A stretch of 49,197 nt of DNA from Chiloscyllium plagiosum (Eukaryota): positions 56,459,869 to 56,509,065 of the forward strand of contig NC_057719.1 in NCBI RefSeq assembly GCF_004010195.1. The letters are read 5' to 3'. The position numbers and the translations under genes are program-made. Below the pieces are notes generated by a model. It saw only the letters and a list, made by a program, of their open reading frames with translations, was not told the DNA's origin and did no database searches. Numbering within the stretch: position 1 is the stretch's first letter; every line of letters begins with the position of its first letter. Below, piece by piece: positions 35,735 through 47,880 of this stretch.

Positions 35735-36108
35735 CTAGGTTGAGGTGGGGGAAGGGGAAATGAGGAAACTGTTGAAATCCACATTGGTGCCCTGGGGTTG
35801 AAGTGTTCCGAGGCGGAAGATGAGGCGTTCTTCCTCCAGGCGTCTGGTGGTGAGGGAGTGGCGGTGGAGGAGGCCCAGCACCTCCATATCCTCGGCAGAG
35901 TGGGAGGGGGAGTTGAAATGTTGTAAAGGTGGTCTGGAGTCCGTGTGGGATGAGTTGGTTACGGAGGCAGGTACTGAGGAAGCAAACGTGGCTGTGGTAC
36001 CGAGTTTGTTTCAGGACATGGTTGAAGAGCTTCAGGGCAGAGGAAATGACCTGGGAGTTGCAGTGCGAGAGAGACTCCCTGAGATTCTTGTAGAGAGAGG
36101 AGGAAAAA
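35735..36108 (-). mobile_element. Neptune-type PLE fragments
   Basis: 35740-35922 is the reverse complement of the GIY-YIG 3' region (compare 12540-12630 and 12800-12910); the rest is probably another part of the element. Confidence 0.72.
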
Positions 36109-36109
36109 G

Positions 36110-36510
36110 AATTGACTGAGTGACGGGCAACAGATCATTTAATGGATATTTTTGGGTTTGGAGGAATGTTTGTAGTGGATTTCCCCAGGGATCAGTGTTG
36201 AGAATTTGGTTTTCCTAATCTATATTAACAACCTAGACCTGGGTAAAGTTTTAATATTTGTGAATAGTACAATACTTGGAGGCATTGTGAACTGTGAAGA
36301 TATTAGTGGAGAACTTCAAACGACATGGACATTCCAGTTTGTGGATAGGGCTTATGGGTATCAAATGAAGTGAAATGTAGAGAATTGTGAAGTGATACAT
36401 TTTGCTATAAGAAAAATAATAAAAATAAAAGGTGCTACTCAAAAGAGGGTGCAGGAGCAGAGGGACCTGGGTCATTAAAGGTAGCAGAATGATTTGACTG
36501 AGCAATTAAT
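36110..36510 (+). mobile_element. Decayed CR1 RT fragment
   Basis: SGFPQGSVL..FLIYINNLDLG; gagcagagggacctggg. Confidence 0.7.
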
Positions 36511-36726
36511 AAAACCATTAATAAATAATAATATTTCAGATGTTAACTTGTTTGATCATTTGGTATAAAATCAATTTTCACTTGTGGGATTTGCCAAGAT
36601 TCATGTTAGAAAAATCGAAAATGCATTTACAGATTCTGTATAAATTGGAATCCACAGATTTTCATAATATATTCATGAAATATATTTAATACATTTTGAC
36701 AATTGTTTTAATTGCCTTTTTTTAAG

Positions 36727-36834
36727 GAACTGCAACATTTCCAAACTTTTGTGAAAAAACGTCCGCCTTATGATATTGTAATTGATGGATTAAATGTCGC
36801 TAACATCGCACCCAAGGGTAATCAGTCCAAAATT
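36727..36834 (+). CDS. PRORP: PRORP fourth coding exon (108 bp), start of NYN nuclease domain
   Basis: ttttttttaag|GAA CTG...AAA ATT|gtgagt gives ELQHFQTFVKKRPPYDIVIDGLNVANIAPKGNQSKI with the conserved DGLN catalytic aspartate motif. Phase 0 on both sides. Not in the ORF track. Confidence 0.95.
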
Positions 36835-39784
36835 GTGAGTATTGGGGAGCTCAAAAAATTTGTTTATGCTTTTACCTATTAATATTTCTGGAATTATCAA
36901 TGTCACAATTATGCAAAATAGGAAAATACTAACCTACTGAAATGGAATGGCACCAGGTATGGTGTTTACGTGGGAAGTATTCTGACACACAAGTTACTAT
37001 CTTTTGGAATTTTGAGGTGGTTTCATAAGATATATAAATTTGTTGGCCATATTAAGATGTTATCCATTTTAATACCTATTCTGTTTATTTCAAAACTATA
37101 CATTAGCTATAGACAAAAGTAGTACACTGCAAATAGAAGGGTAGGAATTCTAACTGTACAAAAGGTCAGACTGTGAGAAATGCAGAATTGTGAGAGTTGG
37201 TACAAACCAATGGAGGAATTAAATCCATCCAAAGCCAGAAAGTTGCACATTTAATTTCTTTACTACTGTTCAGTTAAGTATCAGTGTCCTGAGTTAGCAA
37301 AATTAAAACTGGTCGCAATTTGAAACACTATCCAGAGGCTGTTGCTCAGAATATCAAATTTGGGATAATTTTCATAATTCTACAAGAATATTTTCATACC
37401 ATCATTTCTGTTCCATCGTATTCTGTCTTTTTATACATGGTGACTGTTTAGATTTTTTTTCAATGAATAATCTCCCATTTTTTAATTTTAGATTTTCACT
37501 TGTCAGTCCTTCATCAGTTAGGCAAATCTTTGATCTACAAGGGAGTTGCAGATTATGGTGGCAGGCAAGAAAGTGGAGTTGATACTTTGGTTGGAGCAGT
37601 CATGATCTTGCTGAATGATGGTGCAGGCTTGAAAGGCCAAATTAACTGCTGCTCCTTGTTTTAAGTTCTTAAAGAATTAGGCTATTAACTGCAAATGTAA
37701 GTAACTAGTATTGGCTTAAAAACAATGTCTTCAAACCAGATCATTAAGGGAAAATTAGACAAGACAATGAGCAATTGAACTGAAGTGGAATAATACATGA
37801 AAAACAGGCCTTATGCAAAAACAACCTAATTTGACTGCGGAGTGTATCTGCCTGGCCTTGAGCGTCGGTGGGAACTGTCTGCTTATATGGTCTATATAGG
37901 GCCACGTGGATTTTGTTTTCCACCTATTTTTGGGGATTGGAAAAGTACCGAAATTATGATGAAATGGGATTCAGCACATGATCTAAGATTCATGATAGTG
38001 TTAATATCGTGAACTTTGCCCTGCTCACTGGACTTCATACCACTACGCTGGCATTAGTATGACTGATGCTGTGGAATCTGATATAGAACTCCAAGTTCCA
38101 CTGTTCTCACAGTCCCTGGCAGATAGAAAGGCAGTGTGAGACTCATTTGTTTATCTCAGTTGTTTAACCTAGTTATTTAACTTAATTGTATGAGTAGTGT
38201 AAACTAACTATTATCAATTCATAAATGTACTGTATTAGGTATTTTAACCCAATAAATTAGCTACGTATTGAAGTGTCCAGGTCATCTTGCAATCATTTTG
38301 ATCAAACCTTAAAGAACTTGTTAGGTATTTTTTGCCTAGCAATACTGTAACTTAGAGGTGCCTGAGGGAATTGGATTTGTATTGCTCCTATCTAGTCACC
38401 AAACGTAGCCCACCTTTAACAGCATAGTTAAGGTCAAAATAACATGTCTTTGCTCAACCACGTGCAATAAAGCTGTACTGCTAAATACTTTTTTTTTAAA
38501 AAATGTGCAGTGTAAGTTACAGGAAGGAAAATGTAGTGACAGCTGTGGTACCTCTCGCACATCAGAACTTGTGGGTTTAACTTTCACTTCAAGACTTCAG
38601 AAATGCTTAAGTTCCAATGGAGTACTATTTTTCAAATGTGATGCTAAATTTTGATCCTATTTCCATTCTTCTGTAGACACTGAAACTCCCATAACATTAT
38701 TTTGACCTGAAGCGCCTTGCTCAATACTTATTCCCCAATGAACGTCACAGAAAAACAGAATACCTGGTGAAATTTGCCAGAAGATAAGCCCACGTCATTT
38801 CAAATAAATCTGTGCAAAGGCAAATCCATATGATCTACTTTTCTTTCATTCATTCACAAAATGTGGACATTGACTGAGGCTATATTTATTGCCTATGTCT
38901 AATTGTCCTTGAGAAGATGGCGGTGAGTTACCTTTCATTTACTGCAGTCTCAGGAGTAGGGATATCCACAGTGTTATCGGGAAGGGAGACTTTTTACACA
39001 AGGCAATATCGGACTTGGATATGAAGTTGTATATATTCTATCATCCAAGTTCTACTGTTCTTGGATCATTTTTGTTCTATCATAAATATCACACAGTTCA
39101 GATTCCAATGTCAAAGGTTTTGTTGTAGAGTTTAAGTTGACAACAATATCACTTGCTGCAGGCAGTTTCTGAAAAGCACTTCTTTAGACCATTTCATCAA
39201 GCCCTCCTCCCCTAAACTGTGTGTTTGGGACTTTTCCATCAGGACATGGTCCACAAACCATGTCCCACAGGCTGTATTGTGTGTCAGTTGCCTATAAAAT
39301 AATGTTTGGCTGCTGTGGATTTTATTTTTTTCTTTGTGGTTAAGTTTTATAGTGTGAAATCTTGTGAAATTCTTGCTTCGATCTGTTTTTAAACACTAGC
39401 TAACTCTATGGTGTTTACAAGAATGATCATGTTACTGTTTATTTTAATTTGTGATCTGCAAGTGCTGTAGATCCTACATTATGATAGTGATACTTCATAA
39501 GTAATTAATTGGTTAGAAAGCAATTTGAGGCAGCCTGGAGTTATGAAAGGTGGTATATTAATGCAAGATTTTTTTCTTTAAAAGAGTTAGGCAGTATTTC
39601 GATCTTGGGTAATACTCAGCAATGCAAAATAAACTCACCGTAAATAAGGATACTATAGGCTATCTGATCCACGTATTACATTTTTATGGTACTCTAACTC
39701 CCCAAAATATAAAATCTATTCATATCTGAAGTATCTGTCGTTTTTGCCTCCTAGTAGTTATTCTTTCTATTCCTCTCCTTTTAG

Positions 39785-40145
39785 GGAGGATGGTGCATGG
39801 TGGTAAAGTCAGTGAACCAGCAATCTAGAGATCCAGGTATGAGGTTGCTGGTTCAGTTTCCACCATGACAACTGAATTAGCATAGAATTTAAATCAACAA
39901 TCAGGAATATACAACTGGCCTGGTAATGATGGCCATTGTAATTGTGAACAATTATTGTTAAAGCCCGACTGATCTGTAAGGGAAAAGGAAATCCTCAAAT
40001 GGTTTGGCTTAAGTGTGGCTCCAGACCCACAGTAATTCGGTTTACTCTTAACTGCCCTCTGAGGTTCCCCAGTAAGCATTCAGTTTAAGGGCAATAAGAA
40101 TGGACAATGAATGCTGATTTCCCAAATCCTGTGAAAGAACAAAGA
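39785..40145 (+). mobile_element. Old tRNA-derived SINE with LINE-derived tail
   Basis: Degenerate A/B boxes (ggtgcatggtggtaa; ggttcagtttccacca) and tail aagggcaataagaatggacaatgaatgctg; a related tail lies on - strand at ~38845-38990. Confidence 0.5.
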
Positions 40146-41123
40146 AGGGAAAATAAGTTAAGAGGATTGTCCTGATAAGTGGTTTAAACTAACACTTCTC
40201 TAATTGAAATGCAAATTCTCTCACTATATTCTCCTTTATTTTTTGCTTTAATTTAAAATAATACTTGTGGTTTACAAATCAGTCTATGGCTAGGATCCTC
40301 TTTTGTGGATTAGAGATAATAGGTATAATTGTTAACTCTAGCAGACTTGAGTCACCTTTATTTTCTTATTTTATTTTCCTCATTTATGCTAGTTTTTATG
40401 CTGTCCATTGTGCAGATTGCCATCAATCTAAGATTGCTATTGTTATAATTTTGAATGGATTAATTGGCTATCTTCTACTTGGTCATTTATCAATCTTGTT
40501 AAATGTTTAGCCAACCTATCAAATTAAGCTCTAATATTTGCCTTATCGGCATAGTTACCAAATATGTTGAGCAGAGATTGTAGGACTGATTCCAATGCAC
40601 CCAGTGACTTTGCTAGATTCTTTATCTGACATAATATTTAGAATAGTTTCTATTATTTTGCTATCCTTCATAGCATTGAATATACAAAATGGTATCATTC
40701 AGTAACTTATGAAATACCATGCTAGTCACGAATGCGTGTGAATTATAAATAGCTACAATCATATTGCATAAATTGGTTTTAGTGTGATTAATTTATACAT
40801 GAATAATTTAGTTGGTAGCTTGTCTCAGGCCTTGTGTTAACGTCATTGAAATGCATTGCAAATACAATTGAATTTGTCTTGCTTTCAAAATGTTGAATGA
40901 TGAGTCATTTTAGATGTGTTTCCTTGGTAACAGTCCACCCATTTCATGTACATAGTAAACATTTATAATTGACGTAAAGCACCAGCATGACTCACTTTTA
41001 TCAGTAATTAGGAATCATGGTTTAGAAAATCCCAGTGAGACAGAAATCTAACAATATACAAGCACTCAATGCATGCCCTATTCATGTGGGGGTAAATTAA
41101 TGTTTGCATACAGTTTAAAATAT

Positions 41124-41300
41124 AGTTAAAAATCACACAACACCAATTTGATTCTGTGTCCTACGATCCTGCCCCACTAGCTACCTGACAAAGGAGTAGC
41201 GTTCTGAAGGCTTGTACCTCCAAGTAAACCTGTTGGACTGTAACCCAGTGTGTGAATTTTGGCTTTGTCCACCCCAGTCCAACACCGGCACCTCCACATC
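41124..41300 (+). mobile_element. Third PLE family: short fold-back terminus with decayed hammerhead
   Basis: Inverted start gttaaaaatcacacaacacca; ctgacaaaggagtagcgttctgaaggct is a decayed CTGANGA-stem-GAAA; flanked by TTTAAAATA repeats. Related copy on - strand at 42472-42620. Confidence 0.6.
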
Positions 41301-41584
41301 AAATTTAAAATAACGCATTGAAGCCAAGTATTGTTGTACAATCCATTTGACAGTTTGCTACTGTTCTAACTAATTTAAAAAAAAAAACTTTTGTTAGCTT
41401 CAAAATATTATATGTTTGACATTTTCCCAGCCAGGTTTCCATACTGTCCTAATATTGAAATGAACAATCAAAAGAATAGACAGGTGAATCTCTGGTCACA
41501 CACGAGACTCCAAGACATTGTTGTGTCTCTTTTGGGGTCTGTCTCCATTTGTCATTTTCTCCCCACCCTCACCTACTTCAAAAA

Positions 41585-41606
41585 ACACACACACACACAC
41601 ACACAC
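41585..41606 (+). repeat. (CA)n microsatellite
   Basis: About 11 AC/CA units. Confidence 0.9.
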
Positions 41607-41684
41607 TCTCTTTATCTTCATAATAAAGCAACTTTTTCCCAGCTACCATCAGTTCTCAGGATTGCTTGTACAGCAGGATATATC

Positions 41685-42275
41685 AGATGAATATTTGGCC
41701 AAGAGATGGCGCAAAGGGGAGTGTTTCAAATTCTTGCAGCATTACGGCTGGTACTGGGGGAGGTGTGACCAGTATAAACTAAACATGTTACACCTGGGCA
41801 AGACCAGGACTGACATTTTAAGGGGAATATTCACTAGAGCAGTTGGGGAGACTTTAAAATAAATGGCAGGCGATAGTAACCTATGCAAGGAGTCAGAGGA
41901 ATGGGGATCCAGGACAAGAACAAAAGACAAAAGGAGAATAAGAAAAGTGTTAGGCAGCGAAATCAAAGGCCAAGATCAAACAGGCATACTGAAAAATAAT
42001 GGGAACTGGATAAATAATGTTAAAAAGACAAGCCTTAAGGCTTTGTGCCTTAATGTGCGGAGCATTCGAAATAAACTAAATGGAATTAACTGCGCAAATA
42101 AATAAGAACAGATATTACATAGTTAGGATTATGGAGACATGGTTGCAAGGTGACCAGGGAAGGGAACTGAATATTAGTCAAAAAGGCAAAGGCCACCACC
42201 TTTGCATTGCTGGTTAAAAAGGAAATCAACACCATAGTGAGGAAGGATTTTAGCTCTGACAATGTGGAATCTATA
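41685..42275 (+). mobile_element. CR1 ORF1-end/ORF2-start fragment
   Basis: LAKRWRKGECFKFLQH..MLHLGKTRT and LKALCLNVRSIRNKL. Confidence 0.75.
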
Positions 42276-43449
42276 TACAGGTGTGACATTAGCATAGAGC
42301 AGTGCCATAAAGTAATATATCCGCCCTTTTATCTGATCATTGTGGCAAATGTGTCTGGCTTTATGACTGTTAAAGAATCAAGGCAAGACAGAAGTACAGT
42401 GAGTCTGTAAATTCAGAATGACGCAGCAATGTACAACAAGGCAAGATAGAGATGTTGTGAACATCCACGTATGGTGTGGAGGTGCCAGTGTTGGAGTGGG
42501 GTGGACAAAGCCAGAAGTCATACAATACCAAGTTATAGTCAATCAGCCTTATTTGAAATCACAAGCTTTTGAAGTGCTGCTGGAGGAGGAAGCAGTGAAC
42601 TACAGCAACTCTGACTTTTGAGGCAGTTTCAAGCCATCTAGTTTCTGCCATGTGAAAGTATAGGAAATTACATATAAATTACATAAGTACTAATGTAAAT
42701 GCATGGAAATCAGCCTGTTGCCACTCAATCCTTAGATTCTCACCATTCAAGCCTAGGATGGAAAATCAAACTTTTCTTCTCAAGATTAACAACCTTGCCA
42801 CATTCTCCCTTCTGACTCGTTATTGTGCATGTTGTTTGGGATCTGGAGAAAGATCAATCCAAAATGTAGAATCTTCCATATTTGAGACGAGAAGGAACAA
42901 GGTGACATGCTGTCAAAGGCATCAACCCAGAAAAGATATTGAATCTGAAGGACAAGCATTTTTGAATGATATATACATGGTGAATAATACAAATTGGAGA
43001 ACTTGAATAGTCTATAATTAAAAATGATAATACTTTTTCTTATAAAAGGAGGGACATTTGGAGAAAACCAATTGTATTTGGTGTATTGTTAGTCAGGTGA
43101 CCTCTACTGCTGTATGTAACTTGGTACACTGTTTGTGGGAGCTTCACTTGAAGGAGGTTTAATCCCACTACCGCTTGTTGAATCCAACTGTAGATGTGCC
43201 TGTCAATGTGTCATGTGAATGACAAATAAACCCATGCAGGCTGGTTGTTTTCTCATGGAAAGGAAGTGGATGAGGAAAGGAAATTCCCCCTCCTTCAAAA
43301 TACTCAATGCCTGATTGAGGAGCCAAGTATCAGGAACAGAGAAGCCTGAGAGAGCGATATCCCTCACCCAACCCCCCCCCCCCCCCCCCTGACTTCTACA
43401 CCACAAACCCCACCTGTTCTACAGTGTCACACAGAACATGAACATAAGT

Positions 43450-43612
43450 ATGTAAGTTAGCTCGCTGAGCTTGAAGGTTTGTTTTCAGATGTTTCGTCAC
43501 CATACTAGGTAACATCATCAGTGCGAGTCTCTGGTGAAGCGTTGGTGGTTTATCCCGTCTCTCTCTTTACAGGTCTTGGTTTCTTAAGGTGGGTAATGTA
43601 ATTTTTGGCTCT
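43450..43612 (-). mobile_element. Poseidon-type PLE terminus with hammerhead (43486-43523)
   Basis: - strand CA/CTGATGA/T/GTTACC-TAGTAT-GGTGAC/GAAAC/ATC/TG; layout parallels 5852-5990. Confidence 0.7.
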
Positions 43613-43694
43613 TTGAATATGTTAAAATAAAATTGATGAGATGATGGTTGACCTGTGAGGAAGTGTTGAACCTGCTGTCATCAGGGGTTGTAAG

Positions 43695-44830
43695 AATGGG
43701 AGTTGACCTGATTGAAGTTTATAGGATCCTGGTAGGGCTTGACAAGATGGATATTGGAAGGATGTTTCTCTTGAGATAGGATCTCAAATTAATTGAGGAA
43801 GAGTTTGTTCTTTTCAGGTTCTTTCTTCTGCGGAATTCTCTTTCCAGAGCGCTATGGAGGCTAGGTCATTGAATGTGTTCGTGGCTGAGTTAGGTAGACT
43901 TTTGATCAAAAGGAGTTAAGGGTTGTAGATAGATCTTGGCGTATAGGGATAATTTCAGAGTTTGTAGATTATACGAAACTTGACATCAATGTAAGCTGCA
44001 AAGAGTGGGTGTTTAGGTGGCAGATGACGTTCAATGCTGAGAAGTGCAAGATGATATATTTTGGTAGGAAAGACAGAAAATTTAAATATGGAGTACAATT
44101 GTAATGAAGGTGCAGGAGTAGAGAGACCTGGATGTTTGTGTACAATTGAAGGATGCAGGGCAGATGAAGGGAACACTTAGGTGTTGCTGATGCTTGGGAC
44201 AGCTGCTGCCAAGGCAGTGTCTGAGGTCTTGCTGCTGAAGCTAATTTAGTTATCGGACCCTCTCAGTGCCTCAAATGCGTGATATTGTGTAAGAGAGATC
44301 TTTGTTTTGTTAGGTTAGAGTCAAACTCAAATGTTTGTTTGTTTATTGAATATGCTACTGTACAGAACTGAACTGCATTTGTAACAATGTACAAATACAA
44401 AGTTTTTTATGAATAAAGTTTATTTTTGAAATAAAAAGATGCAGAACTTGTATATGACACTAGTTAGATTTCAGCTGGTGTATTGCTTACAGTTCTGGGT
44501 GCCACACTAGGAGGGATGTGAATGCATTGGAGAGAGTGCATAAGAAATTTTCAAAAATTGTTCTACATTTGAGAAAGTCTAACATTGAGATAGAATGGAG
44601 AGTTAGGGACTATTCTCCTTGTCGAAGAATAAGAGGATATATGATAGAAGTTTTCAAACTCATGAGCTATTGTCTTCACAGAATGTATAGAAAGTATTTG
44701 CACTCAATTAAGGATTGAGAATAAGTGCACACAAGCAGATTCAATTGAAACATTTCAAGAGGGCATTGGATGATGATTAATTAAACAGAAAAAAATGTGA
44801 ATGGGTGTGAGGAAAAGCAGAAGAATGGTC
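43695..44830 (+). mobile_element. Cluster of decayed CR1 3' fragments with a nested Tx1-like poly(A) 3' end (~44180-44438)
   Basis: DLIEVYRIL, WQMTFNAEKCK, NALERVHKKFSKI. The nested piece has LGTAAAKA-like codons and ends aataaagtttatttttgaaataaaaa. Confidence 0.6.
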
Positions 44831-45254
44831 CTTTTATTGTTTTTGAAAACCTTTTGTTTGTTAGAACAGCATGGTCAAAAAGTAAAGTTACATTGGAGTT
44901 GATTTTTTGTTTCACATACATTCTACTGAAACTAAACCTTTTCTACAAAGGAAATGATCATAGACGCAAATCTGAACACTAGATATAGAACGGTAGGAAG
45001 GGAAGGAGGCAGAGAGTGGTGAAATAAGCATTACCTCGTTGCTCCTCCCCAACCATCCAACTCGGGGACCACACTGCATGTTACTGACAAATAGGTTATA
45101 TTACTACATTTGCAGACACAGTGGTGGTTTTCAAGCTTTTCCATATGTTGTTTTGTGATTTTGAACATTGCCAGGCACTCTGAGCAACTTTTTTGAAAGA
45201 CAATGATAGCTAAACAGAGTCTCTATTGCACGAGATATTTAGTCATGTAAATGT

Positions 45255-45705
45255 AGAAATGTAGGAGGTAGGAGCAAGAGTAGGCCCTCGAGTTTTCTCC
45301 ACCATTCAATATGATCATGGCTGATAATCAAGCTCAATATCACAATTCCAGCCCTGGCATGATCTTTGATCCCTTTAGCCACACAAGATACATCTACCTT
45401 CTCCTTGAAAAAACATTTTGGCCTCCATTACTTTCTGTGGCAGTAAATGCCATAAGCTCACCACTTTCTGGGCGAAGAAATTTCTTCTCATTTCAGTCCT
45501 TTTAACTATGACTCTTGGTTCAGGACTCCCCCACTATTAGGAACACCCTTCCTCGACCTAACCAGTGTAGTCTTGTTGGAATTTTGTAAGTTTCTGAAAT
45601 TACTCCTAATACAATCCTAATCATCTCAATATCTTCTCAAATGTCAATCCTGTCATCCCAGGAAATCAATTTAGTAAACCTTTTCTGCATTCCCTCTGTA
45701 GCAGG
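45255..45705 (-). mobile_element. CR1 3' end
   Basis: ggagcaagagtaggcc..ccaccattcaatatgatcatggctgat..ccactttctgggcgaagaaatttcttctca is the reverse complement of a CR1 3' region. Confidence 0.7.
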
Positions 45706-47880
45706 ATCATAGTTTAAAAACTTTTATTGCGAAGGACTTGTCCTCAAACGAAAATAGTGAAATCCAAGCAGGAACACTTTCTCATAATCTACGGTCCTTC
45801 GTTAAAAAGATGTCTGCACTTCAAATTATGCAGGCAAATTATCAGTCAACTATGAAATGAGTTACCTTCACTCTTTATTTTTTCTCAACTATATAGGTAC
45901 AATAAGAGAAATATAACTATTTCCAATCTTTTGCTTTATGTACATGTCTTCTCTCATTTTTTATTTGTGACATCTAATTTCCAGTTGTTACAGTGTTATA
46001 AAGCAGATGTTGACTCCCGACTGAGAACTAAAACCGAAACAACCAAAGAGGAACATCTCGCCCGATAATCTGTAAAAGGAGTGTGAAAAGTAGTGTAACC
46101 TGCTTTTCAGCAACTTCTAGTGGTCAAATAAAATATATCCTTGACACTCTCATTAAAGTCAGCAAGTAACAATTTATTTATCTAACTCTAACGGTGAACA
46201 AATTAACTATTAACAAACTAAATAAATCCCTTCAAACTGCTATTCTCAAATAAAGCAAGATTCTAATGGTATGCTATTCCAATAAATAAGAGTCCCACTC
46301 CTATAAAAAAAAATTAGAATTTACTTTCTCGAAATTACAGCCAGGTTATGAATCTTCCGGAATGTTCTGTGCCTTCTTCGACTGGGAAAATATCAAACAT
46401 ATAATAATTTGAAGATTCTTCTGTTAGGAATATTAACTGGAATCATTGTTATTTAGCTGGTGCTTTCTTTAAGACCGAGACGAGGCTGTGAGAGCCAGCA
46501 ATTTTCTCTTGAGAACTGAGGGCTGTTAGCTCTGGCAGATGGCAGCTAACTCTGGGGTCTTTGTCCAACTGCCCCCTTTTTTTAATACCTTTGATGACAT
46601 ATCAATATTTGTTACAATAGGATTGGTCCCATGCTGTCAAAACCATCAGACTTAAATTTAATAGGTTTTAGGCCTCTAAGTATCTGATTCAAGTTGATTA
46701 GCTAAATTCAAAAGTCTGTTGTCTTTGTAAAAAACTGCTCCTTGATCTGCTAATGATACAGCCTTTTGATACACATGTTTCAATTCAGGTGCTCTCTGTG
46801 TACTTGCAAAGTTTCAAGCTGTAGCTCATTAATTTTAAATCTTCACAAAGCTTAAGGGCACCACCCCCCCCGCCACTTTACAAACACCAAATTCTAACTT
46901 CCTGCCTCTCAATCTATATGTATGCTACCCAACTTCACAACAAGAGGTATGATGATCTGAGGCAGCTGACAGAAAATGAAGGACACTTAGGATGTTTAAC
47001 AAGATAGGTTATCAGAAACTTCTGAGATTAGGACAATCGGGATAGTGAGAGTAGAGAGGAGATATGCAAGCAAGCATAGAAACCAGACCAAGAATGCTAT
47101 AACCTGGTGTTGTGTGATTTTTAACCAAGAATGCTATGTTATTCTTAAAGCACAAGGTGGCAGAATTGTCCAATAACCTTGTGTACTGTCGTGTGGATTT
47201 GTCTCTATGATCCCTCTTAAAAGAATGATCTCTGGAGTATTTTCTGTTTGCTCGAGAATGACTGATTTCACATGATCACTGGCATGAAAGGTGCTTGGTT
47301 TGGAAGATTCATTTGAAATAAAACAATATGATTTTTGTGAACCAGCGTGAGTTCTGAATGCACTACAGCCATGGAAAAAAATGTCCAATGTCTTCTATTT
47401 ATCATTTTCAATGAAAGATATTTCTTACTATTGACTTTTTATGTACTTATTTAGAATGAATTGGATATGAAAAGTGAGAAAAAGTCAAAACCTGTGAATT
47501 TCAATCAAAGTGGGGATGTGAGGCAAGGGGTGGAAAACATTAGGCAAATGAGGAAACCTTTATTTCCTCCTTAATTAATGTTTTGTGACACTGCATCATA
47601 TGGGTGTTGGTCTAAGAGGAGGTTCTCCTACATCTGGTTTTGGGTCTCCAGAACTAAAACACCAGAGCTACTCTTTCTCTAGATTCTATAAAATTACTTA
47701 AATGCTTACCCTATTACTGCATCTCATTAAGTTTGTGAGAATAGTGGAGGAGAAATTACCACCAATCGAAACATACAAGAAATAATTTTCTGAAGGCTGT
47801 ATGATGTTACTGAATATAGAGTGAATCATATTTTAAATGATCTTAATTGCATTCACATTCAAAAGATAAATACCCAGTTC

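Noticed and set aside
34858..35784. ORFs of 301 and 304 aa
   Set aside because: Almost entirely N.
36716..36726. AAG splice acceptor
   Set aside because: Less common than CAG/TAG but canonical, with a good polypyrimidine tract.
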